Positions 32,101-42,228 of a DNA stretch of 64,000 bases are shown piece by piece (the stretch's first letter is position 1; the number at the start of each line of letters is the position of its first letter). Location of the stretch: the NCBI GenBank assembly GCA_963822945.1, contig CAWGJO010000020.1:192001-256000 (forward strand), written 5' to 3'. Source of the DNA: an uncultured Gemmatimonadaceae bacterium. GTDB taxonomy: Bacteria > Gemmatimonadota > Gemmatimonadetes > Gemmatimonadales > Gemmatimonadaceae. The notes beneath the pieces are model-generated. The model worked only from the letters and a program-made list of their open reading frames with translations. It had not been told where the DNA came from and searched no databases. Made by a program: the position numbers and the translations under genes.

Positions 32101-34314
32101 TCAGAAGGTGGCGCCGAAGTTGATCTCGATCACCGGTCGTTGATGCAGCGATCGCGAACCGAAGGTAATCGACACCGGCCCGGGCGCCAGCATCGTGCCG
32201 ATCGTCAGGCCGCCGCCCCGCAGGTACGAGCGCCAGCCGACGGGAGCCGGCCAGGTGTCGAACACGTTCCCGACGTTCCCGCGCAGGCTCACGAAGATGT
32301 TGTCGCGCACCTCCGCCTGGATCCCCGCCTGCGCGACGTGCACCACCGTCCCCTCCGCGGACTGCGCATCAATGCCCAGGAAGGGCACGAATTGCGACGG
32401 CCACACCGACGACGGAACGCTCCCGCCCAGAAAGAACCGGTCGTGCAGCGGCAGCGTACTCCCCGAGGCGTATCCCACGTCGACCCGACCGAGCAGCGAC
32501 ACGTGGCTGCCCACCGGCAGCGCGCCCTGCAGATCCGCGAACCGCCGCCCGAACGACCGGCCGTGTCCGAGATCCCCGTTCCAGACCATCAGCGCCGAGG
32601 TGCCCGTCGTGGGCGCGAACACCCGGTCGTAGGTATCGAGCGAGAGGATGCCGCCGATCGTCGTGTAGCTCTGTGACCGCAGGACCAGCAGGCTGTCGCC
32701 ACCGCGCACGCCGTCGCTCGATCGCGCGTGCGTGAGCTCCACGCCGATGTATCCGGCGTGGCCGAGCACGCGCGCGACCTGCGCCGACACCTCGTGCACG
32801 TCGAGCACCGGCGCCGACCCCACGCCCGGCGGCCGGATGTGCGGCAGCGACGTGCGGGTGAAGGTGGCACGGAAGGTCTGCAGGAAGCGGGCCTCGGGGC
32901 CGGCGCCGAGCAGGAACCGCCCGTCGAACTGGAGCTCATCACCCAACCGCGCGCTCAGGGCAACCTTCGACCCCGGCGTCAGCCAGTCGTTCACCGTCGC
33001 GCCCACGAGCAACGCGGCGCCGCGCGGGGTGCCGTAGCGGACCCCCACGCCCACCACGTCCCGATCGCCCTCGGTGAGGTCGAACAACAGATTGTCGCCG
33101 CCGGGACGCGGTTGCACGCGGTAGCTCACCTGATCGAACCGCCCGGCGGAGTAGATCCGTTCCACCGCATCCGCCACCTGGGATTCGGTGACCCAGGTGC
33201 TGTCGCGAAGTCCGACGGCGGCACGCGCGAGTGCGTCGGCGCCCGGGCTCACCGTGCTCCAACTCACCTGGAGCAGGAAGATGGAGTCGTCGGGCGCGAG
33301 GGCGGGCCGCGGCGGAATGGCGCCTCGCACGGCATGCTCCGAATCGGCGATCGCCATGAGCGCCTGCCGCTGGGCGAGCGCCGCGGCGCGGCCGCGGTCG
33401 ATCCAGACCTGCGCGCGGCTGAAGTCGAGCGAGGGAATTCCGTTGACGTCGGGATCGATCACCACGTTGCACAACGGCCGCTCGATCTTGTTGGACGCCT
33501 GCACGCGGAACGACACCGCCTGCTGCATGACGTCGATGAGCGAGTGCAGGCTGTCGGCCGGCGACGGGCGTTCGGACACGTCCACGCAGATCACCAGGTC
33601 CGCGCCCATCGCCCGCGCGTCCTCGGCGGGGAGATTGCGCACCACGGCGCCGTCCACCACCCGCCGGCCGTCGGGGAGCGTGACCGGGGCAAAGGCGCCG
33701 GGCACCGCGGCGCTCGCCTCGATGGCCTGGGCCAGCGATCCGTGCTGGAGGAGGATCGGATCCCCGGTGTTGAGGTCCGTCACGAGCGCCCCGAACGCCG
33801 TCGGGAGCTTGTTGAAGTCGGTGATGTCGTGGACGGGCCAGGTGTAGCGCTCCAGGTGCTCGGCGATCGCCTGGCGGGGCACCACCCCCTGCGGCAGCGC
33901 GATGCGTGCGTGCTCGAGCGGGAAGGTGATCATGTACTTCTCGCTCGCCGCCTTCTCGGCCGGGCTCTGCTGCCGGCGGTCGGTGGGCCGGCGGAACAGT
34001 TTTCCCCAGTCCTCGCTCGTCACCAGCGTGTCGAGCTGCGCCGGGGAGTAGCCGGCGGCGTACAGGCCGCCGATGATGGCGCCCATGCTCGTGCCGGTGA
34101 CCAGATCCACGTGGATGCCGAGTTGGTGGAGCACCTGGAGCACGCCGATATGGGCGAAACCCTTGGCGCTCCCCCCGCTGAGCACCAGGCCCACAATGGG
34201 ATGGGGTACGCCGGTCACGGGGACGGCGGGAGCGGCCTGCGCCGCACCCTCCGCGGCGCAGAACGCGAGGAGTGCCGACGCGACGGCGCAGCGGAGGGTG
34301 TGGCGAGTGTGCAC
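32101..34314 (-). CDS. Patatin-like phospholipase fused to POTRA and outer-membrane beta-barrel (PlpD / type Vd-like)
   Basis: Signal peptide; LVLSGGSAKGFAHIGVL, GTSMG, DGA; C-terminal beta-strands ending NFGATF. Confidence 0.88.
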   Translation of the reverse strand: MHTRHTLRCAVASALLAFCAAEGAAQAAPAVPVTGVPHPIVGLVLSGGSAKGFAHIGVLQVLHQLGIHVDLVTGTSMGAIIGGLYAAGYSPAQLDTLVTSEDWGKLFRRPTDRRQQSPAEKAASEKYMITFPLEHARIALPQGVVPRQAIAEHLERYTWPVHDITDFNKLPTAFGALVTDLNTGDPILLQHGSLAQAIEASAAVPGAFAPVTLPDGRRVVDGAVVRNLPAEDARAMGADLVICVDVSERPSPADSLHSLIDVMQQAVSFRVQASNKIERPLCNVVIDPDVNGIPSLDFSRAQVWIDRGRAAALAQRQALMAIADSEHAVRGAIPPRPALAPDDSIFLLQVSWSTVSPGADALARAAVGLRDSTWVTESQVADAVERIYSAGRFDQVSYRVQPRPGGDNLLFDLTEGDRDVVGVGVRYGTPRGAALLVGATVNDWLTPGSKVALSARLGDELQFDGRFLLGAGPEARFLQTFRATFTRTSLPHIRPPGVGSAPVLDVHEVSAQVARVLGHAGYIGVELTHARSSDGVRGGDSLLVLRSQSYTTIGGILSLDTYDRVFAPTTGTSALMVWNGDLGHGRSFGRRFADLQGALPVGSHVSLLGRVDVGYASGSTLPLHDRFFLGGSVPSSVWPSQFVPFLGIDAQSAEGTVVHVAQAGIQAEVRDNIFVSLRGNVGNVFDTWPAPVGWRSYLRGGGLTIGTMLAPGPVSITFGSRSLHQRPVIEINFGATF

Positions 34315-34322
34315 GAACAGAG

Positions 34323-35798
34323 CTACGGACTACCGTTTGGTATCGGGTGGCCTTCGATGTCGAGATGAACGATCGGCGCGATCCCCGTGGCCCGCAACGG
34401 CTGTTCGATCTCCGACCGGTCGCCCACGATCACGATGTTCAGGTGATCGAGGTCGATGTACTTCCTTGCGACCCTCACCAGGTCGTCTTTGGTCACCGCG
34501 TTGATGCGATCGGCGAGCGTCTGATAGTAATCGGGCGCGAGCCCCTCCACATAGAGGGCCGAGATCGCGGCCGAGGTGGCGTTCACCGACGCAAAGATCT
34601 GCGGCAGGCGCTGGATGAGGGCGGCCTTGCCCTGCGCCATCTCGTCGTCGGTGAAGGGTACGCCGCCCTGCACCCCCTTCAGGTGCGCCATGAAGGCAAT
34701 GAGCGCGCTGTCCGTCTTGGCACTGACGATCGACCCGCCGGCGTAGAAGCTGCCGGGACCCTTCCCGTACGCGAACCGCGAACCGACGCCGTAGCTGTAC
34801 CCCTTCACCTCGCGGATGTCGTGGTTCAGCCGCGACTGGAAGAGCCCGCCGAGGATCGTATTCATGACCTGGAGGGCGTCGTAGTCCGGCGTGGTGCGCG
34901 GGGGACCCGGAATGCCGATGGCGAACACCGACTGTGGCGCCTTGGGCTTGTCCACGAGGTAGATGGTGGTGGGCCGGGCCGCCGGCACCGCCGGATAGTC
35001 GAACGACGGCATTTTGCCCCCGGCCGTCCAGCCGGCCAGCGCCTGCTCTACCGTCGCTTTCACCGCGGCGGGGTCGACATCGCCCACCACCGTGATCAGG
35101 GCATGTCCCGGCGTGAAGTACTGGTCGTGGAACGCGATGACGTCGGCGCGCGTGACGGCGTTGACGCTCCCCTCGGTCTCGAACCGGCCGTACGGGTGAT
35201 CGGCGCCGTAGAGCACGCGATCGAAGACGTTCGACGCGATCGCCGTCGGCTGGTCCTTGGCCTGCACCAGGCCCACGAGCGTGCGAGCCCTCAGCCGCTC
35301 GAGCGCGGAGTCGGGGAACGCGGGATGTTCCAGCATGTCGGCCATGACGGCCAGCACCTGCGGGTACTTGGCCCGGGTGGCCAGGAAGCTCATGGTGCCG
35401 GTCTCGCCGCCGATGCGGGTGTTCACGTTCGTACCCAGCAGTTCGAGGGCGTCGGAGAGCTGGTCGCCGGTGCGCGTGGCGGTGCCCTCGCTCAACATCG
35501 CCGCCGTCATGCCGGCGAGCCCGGTCTTGGCCGCCGGCTCGTACTGGTCGGCGCCGCCCACCCAGGTGATCGTGAACGAAACGAGCGGCAGGTCGTGCTT
35601 GGGCGACACCACCAACTGGGCGCCATTGGCGAGGGTGGTGTGCGTCCACGCCGGCACGTGGAGCGCGCGGGGCGCCGTCGGTGCGGGTGGGGTGCTGCGG
35701 TCGATCTTGCTGGGCCCGGCCTGCGCCGGCACCACGGACGGCGCGGCAAGCAGGAGCGTCGAGGCGAGCGCGAGTACGCGCGTGCGCATGGGGTTCAT
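34323..35798 (-). CDS. M16 (pitrilysin) family peptidase, non-catalytic subunit
   Basis: TLANG, GLA..TA.ML.EGT (no HxxEH), ILGG.F.SRL...IRE.KGYSYG. Confidence 0.92.
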   Translation of the reverse strand: MNPMRTRVLALASTLLLAAPSVVPAQAGPSKIDRSTPPAPTAPRALHVPAWTHTTLANGAQLVVSPKHDLPLVSFTITWVGGADQYEPAAKTGLAGMTAAMLSEGTATRTGDQLSDALELLGTNVNTRIGGETGTMSFLATRAKYPQVLAVMADMLEHPAFPDSALERLRARTLVGLVQAKDQPTAIASNVFDRVLYGADHPYGRFETEGSVNAVTRADVIAFHDQYFTPGHALITVVGDVDPAAVKATVEQALAGWTAGGKMPSFDYPAVPAARPTTIYLVDKPKAPQSVFAIGIPGPPRTTPDYDALQVMNTILGGLFQSRLNHDIREVKGYSYGVGSRFAYGKGPGSFYAGGSIVSAKTDSALIAFMAHLKGVQGGVPFTDDEMAQGKAALIQRLPQIFASVNATSAAISALYVEGLAPDYYQTLADRINAVTKDDLVRVARKYIDLDHLNIVIVGDRSEIEQPLRATGIAPIVHLDIEGHPIPNGSP

Positions 35799-37255
35799 CG
35801 CTGGCCCTCCGCGTTCGTGGGCATGGTGGGTGTCGGGCGCGCACTCACGCGCGTGCTGGCTTCGGGCTTGGACGCCTCGTCGAGCTTGCCCACGGGCACG
35901 ATGCTCAACACCACGCGCCCGCTGGTCAGGTACCGGTTGGCCACGCGCCGCACGTCGGCGGCGGTCACCGCCTGGGTGTTGGCGAGGTCCGTCTGAAACT
36001 GGTTGGGATCGTCATGGAAGACGCTCCCCTCGTTGAGCATGTCGGCCTTGGCGAGGTTCGACTGGAGGTTGCTGATGGCGCGCAGTTCCAGGCCGGCCTT
36101 CACCTTCTGGAGTTCCTGCGCCGTGGGCCCCTCGCGCTTGAGCCGGTCGATGATCGAGTCGGCGCTCAGTTCCAGGCTGGTGAGCGAGTGGCCGGGACGC
36201 GGGATGACGATCACCTGGAACTGTCCCACCAGTTCGTCCTCGTTCTGGTACGCGACCGCGTTGGCGGCCGATTGCCGGTCGTACACCAACCCCTTCGTGA
36301 GGCGCGCGGTTCGCGATCCGGAGAGGATGTCGCCGAGTACGTCCAGGGCGTACTGGTCGCGGCTGATCACTCCGACCGTGGGCCAGGTGATGTAGAGTCG
36401 CGGGATCTGGACACGGTCCTCATACACCAGCCGCTTCTCAGCGGCCAGGGTGACCGTCGGCGCCTGGGGACGGACGATCGGTTGGCCACGCGGGATCTCG
36501 CCGAAGTACTTGGTCACCCACGCTCTGGTCTGGCCGGGGTCGAAATCTCCGACGATCGCGACCGTGGCGTTGTTGGGAGCGTAGTAGAGGCGGAAGAAGT
36601 TCTTCACGTCCTCGGCTGAGGCGGCTGAGAGGTCGGCCATGCTGCCGATGACGGGCCAGTGGTACGGGTGGTCGTCGGGGTACATGGCGCCACTGATGAT
36701 CTCGCTGGCGCGGCCATAGGGGCGATTGTCGTAACTCTGGCGCCGCTCGTTCTTCACGATGTCGCGCTGCGCGTTGAGCTTGTCGATGTCCAGCGCGTCG
36801 AGCAGCCAACCCATGCGGTCGGACTCGAGCCAGAGTTCGTCCTCGAGGTAGTTCGAGGGCACCGTCTCGTAGTAGTTGGTCCGGTCGTTGGTGGTGGAGC
36901 CGTTGTTGTTGCCGCCCACACCCTCCGTGTACCGGTCGTGCATGCCGTAGGGCACGTGGCCGGAGCCCGTGAACATCACGTGCTCGAACAGGTGCGCGAA
37001 GCCGGTGCGGCCGGGCTTCTCGTTCTTCGAGCCGACGTGGTACCAGACGTCCACGGCGACCGTGGGCGTCGTGTGGTCCTCGGCGAGGATCACCGTGAGC
37101 CCGTTGGGGAGCGTGTAGCGCTCGAAGGGGATATGGATGGACGCCGAGGCGGCGGGCGTTGCCTGGGCCCATGCCGGTGGGGCGAGCGTGGCGGCGGCGA
37201 TGATGAGCGCGGCAGCGGCGAGCGTCCGCCGCGCGAACATGGGGGGAGTTCGCAT
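35795..37255 (-). CDS. M16 (pitrilysin) family peptidase, catalytic subunit
   Basis: WYHVGSKNE, GFAHLFEHVMF, NGST..DRTNYYE, LWLESDRM, VKNERRQ. Confidence 0.96.
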   Translation of the reverse strand: MRTPPMFARRTLAAAALIIAAATLAPPAWAQATPAASASIHIPFERYTLPNGLTVILAEDHTTPTVAVDVWYHVGSKNEKPGRTGFAHLFEHVMFTGSGHVPYGMHDRYTEGVGGNNNGSTTNDRTNYYETVPSNYLEDELWLESDRMGWLLDALDIDKLNAQRDIVKNERRQSYDNRPYGRASEIISGAMYPDDHPYHWPVIGSMADLSAASAEDVKNFFRLYYAPNNATVAIVGDFDPGQTRAWVTKYFGEIPRGQPIVRPQAPTVTLAAEKRLVYEDRVQIPRLYITWPTVGVISRDQYALDVLGDILSGSRTARLTKGLVYDRQSAANAVAYQNEDELVGQFQVIVIPRPGHSLTSLELSADSIIDRLKREGPTAQELQKVKAGLELRAISNLQSNLAKADMLNEGSVFHDDPNQFQTDLANTQAVTAADVRRVANRYLTSGRVVLSIVPVGKLDEASKPEASTRVSARPTPTMPTNAEGQR

Positions 37256-37345
37256 GGGATATTCGGGTTGGGGAATGAACGGACCGACGGATGAAGCATC
37301 GGTTGGACACCCGCCGGAAGCAAGCGGTTGATCGTATGCGATCCG

Positions 37346-39781
37346 TCAGGTCGAGCGGAGGAGCTCCACCGGATCGGCGCGCACGGCACGGCGGATCGGG
37401 ACGATGCAGGCGGTGAGGGAGGCGATCACGACGACGGCCTCGGCGACGACGAGCGCCACCGCGCCCTCGACGCCGTGGGCGTTCTCGAACGCGGGGAAAG
37501 CCACGATCAGCGCTCCCGTCGCGCCCAGTGCCGTCCCCCCGAGCACCATCTCCATCGCCTCGCGCACCACGATGTGGGCGATGTCGGGAGTTCGGGCACC
37601 GAGCGCCGTCCGCATCGCGAACTCCCGCAGCCGTTGTCCTACCGCGTAGCCGAGAACGCCGTAGACGCCGACCGCCGATAGCAGCACCGCAAAGGCACCG
37701 AAGGCCACGAACAGGAGGGTGGTGAGACGCGCGACCCGCAACCCTTCGTCGTACTCGGCCTGCGGTGATCGGAATTCCGTGACCACGCCGCCCGCCGGCA
37801 CGGCGGCCCGGACCACCCGGTAGACCGCACCCGACGCCCGCGCGGGCGGAATCGTGGTACGCGCCGCCACGGTTGCGGCCCGACAGTCCAGGTGGCGGAC
37901 GACCGTCAGAAACGGCGTGCCGTCCCACGTGGAGTCGGCGTCGGCGACCTCCGGCCCGACGACACCCACCACCTCGACCCACGGGGCGCTCGATGCCGCC
38001 GGACCGAGCTTGAGCAACCGGCCGACCGGCGACATGAAGGGCCACAACTTCGCGGCGAGGGCACGGTTGACGATCGCAACTCCAGGGCCGTGGGCATCGC
38101 CGGCTTCGAAGTCGCGGCCGGCCACGATCGGAAATCCGTACACGCGGAAGTAGTCCGGTGTGGTCGCGGTGTAGCCAAGCGACATTCCGCGACCGAGCAC
38201 GATCTGGATTGGCGAGCCCGGTTGGTCGGACGTGATCTGGTTGGCCATCGGAAATTCGGTAGAGAACGCGGCGGCGTACCGAACGCCGCCGACCGCCGCC
38301 ACGCGATGCGACATATCGAGCCAGAACTGCTGACGGCCATTCAGGCTGTCGCACGACCGCCGGGGCTGGACCCTCGCCGACAGTACGTGTTCGGCATCGT
38401 AGGGGAATATCGGGTGCGAGTCGTGCCGCCAGACATTCAGCGCGAAGGTCGCCGCGATCATGACGACGAGCGCCACCGCGATTTCGCCAACGGTCACGAG
38501 CCGGTACACGCGGCCCCGCCGCCCCGTGCTCGCCCCGCCGCCGTCTTTCATCGCATCGCTCACGTTGGCCCTCGACCCGTGAAGCGCCGGCGCGAGCCCG
38601 GCCGCGATCATGGTCGCCGCCGTCACGACCACGCCCACCGCCACCACGCGCCAGCTCACATGGGGCGTGACGAAGCCCAGCTGGCGAATCATCGTCGGCA
38701 TGTGCGACTCGGTGAGCTTCACGCCCCAGACGGAGAGCAGCACCCCCCAGAGCCCGCCGACCACGGCCAGCAATCCGGCCTCCGCGAACACGTGGCGCAT
38801 GATCGCACCGCGACTCGCCCCGAGTGCGAGGCGCACCGCCAGCTCCCGGCGGCGCGCGAGGCCGCGCACGAGCATCAGGTTGGCCAGATTGAGGCAGGCC
38901 ACGAGGAGCACGAGCACCGAGATCACCGCGGTGGCGATCGCCCCGCCATCCGGCCGGCCGTGACCGGGCAAGAGCGGATCGAGTCGATAGGCCACCATCG
39001 TCGGGTCCGCCGAGTACTGACGTGCAATCTGGCCGGCAATCCCGCCGAGTTGCGGCAGGATCCGGGACCGCGTATCGCCGGGTTTGAGACGCACCAGCGC
39101 ATGAACCCAGTCGGCCCCGTCCCTCGATGTCTCGCGCGCACGAGGCATGGCGAGCCAGAAGTCCGCGCTCGCCGGGTAGTGCATCGCCGGTGGCATGACG
39201 CCGATGACCGAGTAGGTGCGGCCGTTGAACGCGAAGTGAAGCTTGGCGAGATCCGGCGCACCGCCGAAATCCTCCTCCCAGAGCTGGTAACTGATCACCG
39301 CCGCCCCGGCATCGGCCGGGTCGTCGCGCGTGGTGTCGAACACGCGCCCGACGACCGGTTTCACGCCGAGCACGTTGAACAGCCGGGTTCCGGTAGTGAT
39401 CGCGAAGGTCGACACCAGATGCCCATTGGCCTCGGTCACCCCGCGCGTGAAATCGTAGGGCACGATGTCGGCGTACAGATCCTTTCGCGCGCGGACCGCC
39501 AGGTACATGGGCCGCTGCAGGAAGACCTTGCGGGGCGTCATGCCGTATGGATCCAGGTCGAAGAGCCGCTGCGGCTGCGCATACGGCACGTACGGGTCGA
39601 TGATCGCCTCGATCATCGAGAGCATCGTCGTATTGAGCCCGATCGCCAACCCCAGCGACAGCACCGCGATGGCCACGAACCCCGGACTCCGCCGGAGCGA
39701 TCGCAGTGCGGCCAGCACATCGTGGTGACCGGTGAAGAGGCGTTCGAGGATCGGCGCGCGATGTCGTTCTCCGTCCGTCAC
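37346..39781 (-). CDS. Duplicated MacB/FtsX-like ABC permease (ADOP-type), no ATPase gene adjacent
   Basis: LRSLRRSPGF..IAVLSLGLAIG.NT, LLVACLNLANL...R..EL.VRLALGASR, GVYGVL.YAV.QR.REF..R.ALGA, RADPVELLR; GTG start with upstream GAGGT. Confidence 0.9.
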   Translation of the reverse strand: MTDGERHRAPILERLFTGHHDVLAALRSLRRSPGFVAIAVLSLGLAIGLNTTMLSMIEAIIDPYVPYAQPQRLFDLDPYGMTPRKVFLQRPMYLAVRARKDLYADIVPYDFTRGVTEANGHLVSTFAITTGTRLFNVLGVKPVVGRVFDTTRDDPADAGAAVISYQLWEEDFGGAPDLAKLHFAFNGRTYSVIGVMPPAMHYPASADFWLAMPRARETSRDGADWVHALVRLKPGDTRSRILPQLGGIAGQIARQYSADPTMVAYRLDPLLPGHGRPDGGAIATAVISVLVLLVACLNLANLMLVRGLARRRELAVRLALGASRGAIMRHVFAEAGLLAVVGGLWGVLLSVWGVKLTESHMPTMIRQLGFVTPHVSWRVVAVGVVVTAATMIAAGLAPALHGSRANVSDAMKDGGGASTGRRGRVYRLVTVGEIAVALVVMIAATFALNVWRHDSHPIFPYDAEHVLSARVQPRRSCDSLNGRQQFWLDMSHRVAAVGGVRYAAAFSTEFPMANQITSDQPGSPIQIVLGRGMSLGYTATTPDYFRVYGFPIVAGRDFEAGDAHGPGVAIVNRALAAKLWPFMSPVGRLLKLGPAASSAPWVEVVGVVGPEVADADSTWDGTPFLTVVRHLDCRAATVAARTTIPPARASGAVYRVVRAAVPAGGVVTEFRSPQAEYDEGLRVARLTTLLFVAFGAFAVLLSAVGVYGVLGYAVGQRLREFAMRTALGARTPDIAHIVVREAMEMVLGGTALGATGALIVAFPAFENAHGVEGAVALVVAEAVVVIASLTACIVPIRRAVRADPVELLRST

Positions 39782-40044
39782 GTAGACCTCAGGAGGTCGA
39801 CAGGATCGGCGCGGGTCGCACGAATCGCCGGCCCCATGGCCGCCAGCAGCGACACGCCGATCAGGATGGCCTCGGCGGATACGGGCGCCGGCGCGTCTAT
39901 CGGGTCGACGCGGCACAGCCGCCGCCTGATGCTCTGCGCACCGAGTGCAATGCGCATGGCGAATTCGCGCGTGCGCCGCGCGCCACTGAATCCGGGACTC
40001 TTGAGCACCGCGCGATAGGTCGCGCGCTCGGGCAGGAATCGCAT
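39778..40044 (-). pseudogene. Internally deleted, in-frame remnant of an ADOP-type permease (88 aa)
   Basis: N-terminal RAVLKSPGFS fused to C-terminal RRTREFAMRIALGA and ...AEAILIGVSLLAAMGPAIRATRADPVDLLRST; stop overlaps the next start (GTGA). Confidence 0.8.
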
Positions 40045-40082
40045 GCGTCCCCCGGGACGGCCACGGGGAGGATGGTCGCGGG

Positions 40083-40130
40083 ACTGTATTGGAATAGCGA
40101 TACAGTACGGCGACGTCCGGTAAACGTCAA
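40083..40130 (-). promoter_or_regulatory. Sigma70 promoter with overlapping palindromic operator
   Basis: Minus strand TTGACG-17 bp-TACTGT; inverted repeat ACTGTAT-N10-ATACAGT at 40083-40106 overlaps the -10/+1 region. Confidence 0.7.
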
Positions 40131-40208
40131 GCACGGATTGTAGAGAACTCGAAACTGGCGGTCAGCCGGTCGCGGCCACCGACGGTCAGCGGAGATTCGT
40201 GATCCGGC

Positions 40209-42057
40209 TCACCGGGTCAGCCCCAGCGCCTTCAACCAGCCCGCCAGCCCCGGGTAGTTCGGCGCCAGGCGCGCCACCCCCATCGCCGCCGCCCGCGCCC
40301 CTTCGATGTCGCGGGCAACCGCCAGCACCAGAGAAAGCTGATACAGCGGCTGGGGGTCGTTGGGACTCAGTTGCACGGCCTGCCGCAGATAGCCCACGGC
40401 GTTCTGCAGGTCCTTGGCCTTCGCCGCAATCTCGCCCAACTCGAACGCCGTGTACTTCGACGGTTGGATGGAGTACGCGCGTTTGAGATACGCCACCGCG
40501 CGCGTCGTGTCCTTCATCTCCATCAGCGCGTGCCCGGCCAACTCGTACGGCGGCCCGGCCAGGGGTTGCTCGCGAATCAATCCCTGGTACTCCGCGAATG
40601 CCGAGTCGGGAAATCCGCGCATCTCGTAGCTTCGTCCCGACGTCGAGCTTGGCCTGCCGCCAGGGCAGCCCCGCCGACGCCAGGAAGGCGAGACTGTCCA
40701 CCGGTCCCTTCGGGCGGTACGTGCCGCGATAGTCGCTGTCCTGCGCCGCGGGCACGAACGGCCACCGCGTGGTGAGCGTGGTCACCGTGTGCTGCACCAT
40801 CCGCCGGTCGAACGGCGTGATATCCATCCCGGCCACGTACGTCGACCACGGCTTCAGACGGCTGAGTTGCACCGGCCGGCCGAGGAACTTCGCGCTGTCG
40901 AGCGCGTCGAAGAACTCGTGCCCGATGAGCGCCACGCCGGCCTGGTTGGGATGCAGGTGCTCGAGGATCAGGTTGTGCCCGATGATGCCCCCGGGCGACG
41001 CCGCCCGGAACGCCTCGACCACCGGCACGTAGGTAGCGCCTTCCTGCTTCGCCACTTCGCGGATCACGGTGTTGAATTCGCTCGGCGCCCGGAACCGGAT
41101 GACGTCCAGATCGCGGGCTCTGACGAACAGCCGTTCCGCATCGGCGGTGTCACCGCGCGCCTCGGTGGCCTGCGCCGAATCGAAGACGGCGTCGGCCCCG
41201 CCCGGCTCGGCGTTCACCGGCGACGCGAAGGGATGCATGCCACCCTCATTGCTGGCCAGGCTGGCGATGAACACCGGCACGTGCGCGGCGCGGAACTCTC
41301 CCAGGATCCGCTGGAGATTGCTGCGGAACTGGCGCACGCCCGCCTCGTACGCCGGCCCCCCGAGCGTGATCTGCTGGTTGCCCGCCACCACTTCCATGAA
41401 GCTCGCCGCCTGCTGCGCGTTGGCGGCCCGCTTGGTGAAGGCGCGGCGCAGTTTCGCAATCCCGTCGCGCAGCAGCATGAAGGTCCGGAACCGCTCCAGC
41501 CACAGATACGCGCGCACCGCGCCGGGCGACGATCCCACGCTCTCGGTGGACCCCACGCCGAGCGCGCCGTAGTACTCATTGTGGCCCGAGTAGATGAGCA
41601 CGGCGTCGGGATGCTGGGCGATCACGGCGCGGGTCTGATCGAGCACCGCGTACGTGTTGGTGGCCGGGATCGCCAGGTTGATCACTTCGACGGAATCGCC
41701 CGGCATCACGTCGCGCAGCGCGTCCTGCAACAAGTGCGAGAAGGTCCCGGTGGGCGGCCACGGAAACCCGGCGGCGGACGACGCGCCGAGCACGAAGACC
41801 CGGAATGCCTTGGCCGGTTTGTGCGCGGCAAAGGCATCCATCAGCGGCGCCGGCGGATGCTCCTGCAGCGTGAAGTAGCGGCGGCCCAGCTCCGGATTCG
41901 GCATCAGGTAGTCGCCCATGGCTGCCGGCGCGTGCACGAACACGGGAACGGCTCCCGCCGGCCAGGCTACGCGCAGCACGACTTCCACGGCACCCAGCAG
42001 CAGGAAGGGCGTGAGCAGCGTGATTGCCATGAACAGCCAGTAGCGGCCGCGCGTCAT
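40209..42057 (-). CDS. Membrane-anchored SGNH/GDSL-fold protein with C-terminal TPRs, interrupted by a +1 frameshift at ~40630
   Basis: N-terminal TM; block I FVLGASS, block II VINLAIP, block III YSGHNEYYG, block V LEHLHPN. TPR tail (AVAYLKRAYSIQP, AVQLSPND, ARLAPNY) continues in the shifted frame. Confidence 0.85.
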
Positions 42058-42215
42058 CAGAAGATGGAGTAGATGAAGGGCGCCAACGCCGACCCCTGCA
42101 CCAGCAACAGCAACGCACTGGCCAGAATCAGCAGGACGATGATGGGAAGCAGCCAGAGCTTCTTCCGCTGGCGCATGAACGCCCACAATTGCCGCAGCAC
42201 ACTCCACGTGGCCAT
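42057..42215 (-). CDS. Small single-TM protein, DUF5989/SxtK-like (52 aa)
   Basis: MATWSVLRQLWAFMRQRKKLWLLPIIVLLILASALLLLVQGSALAPFIYSIF; stop overlaps the SGNH start. Confidence 0.88.
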   Translation of the reverse strand: MATWSVLRQLWAFMRQRKKLWLLPIIVLLILASALLLLVQGSALAPFIYSIF

Positions 42216-42228
42216 CAACGACTCCGCG

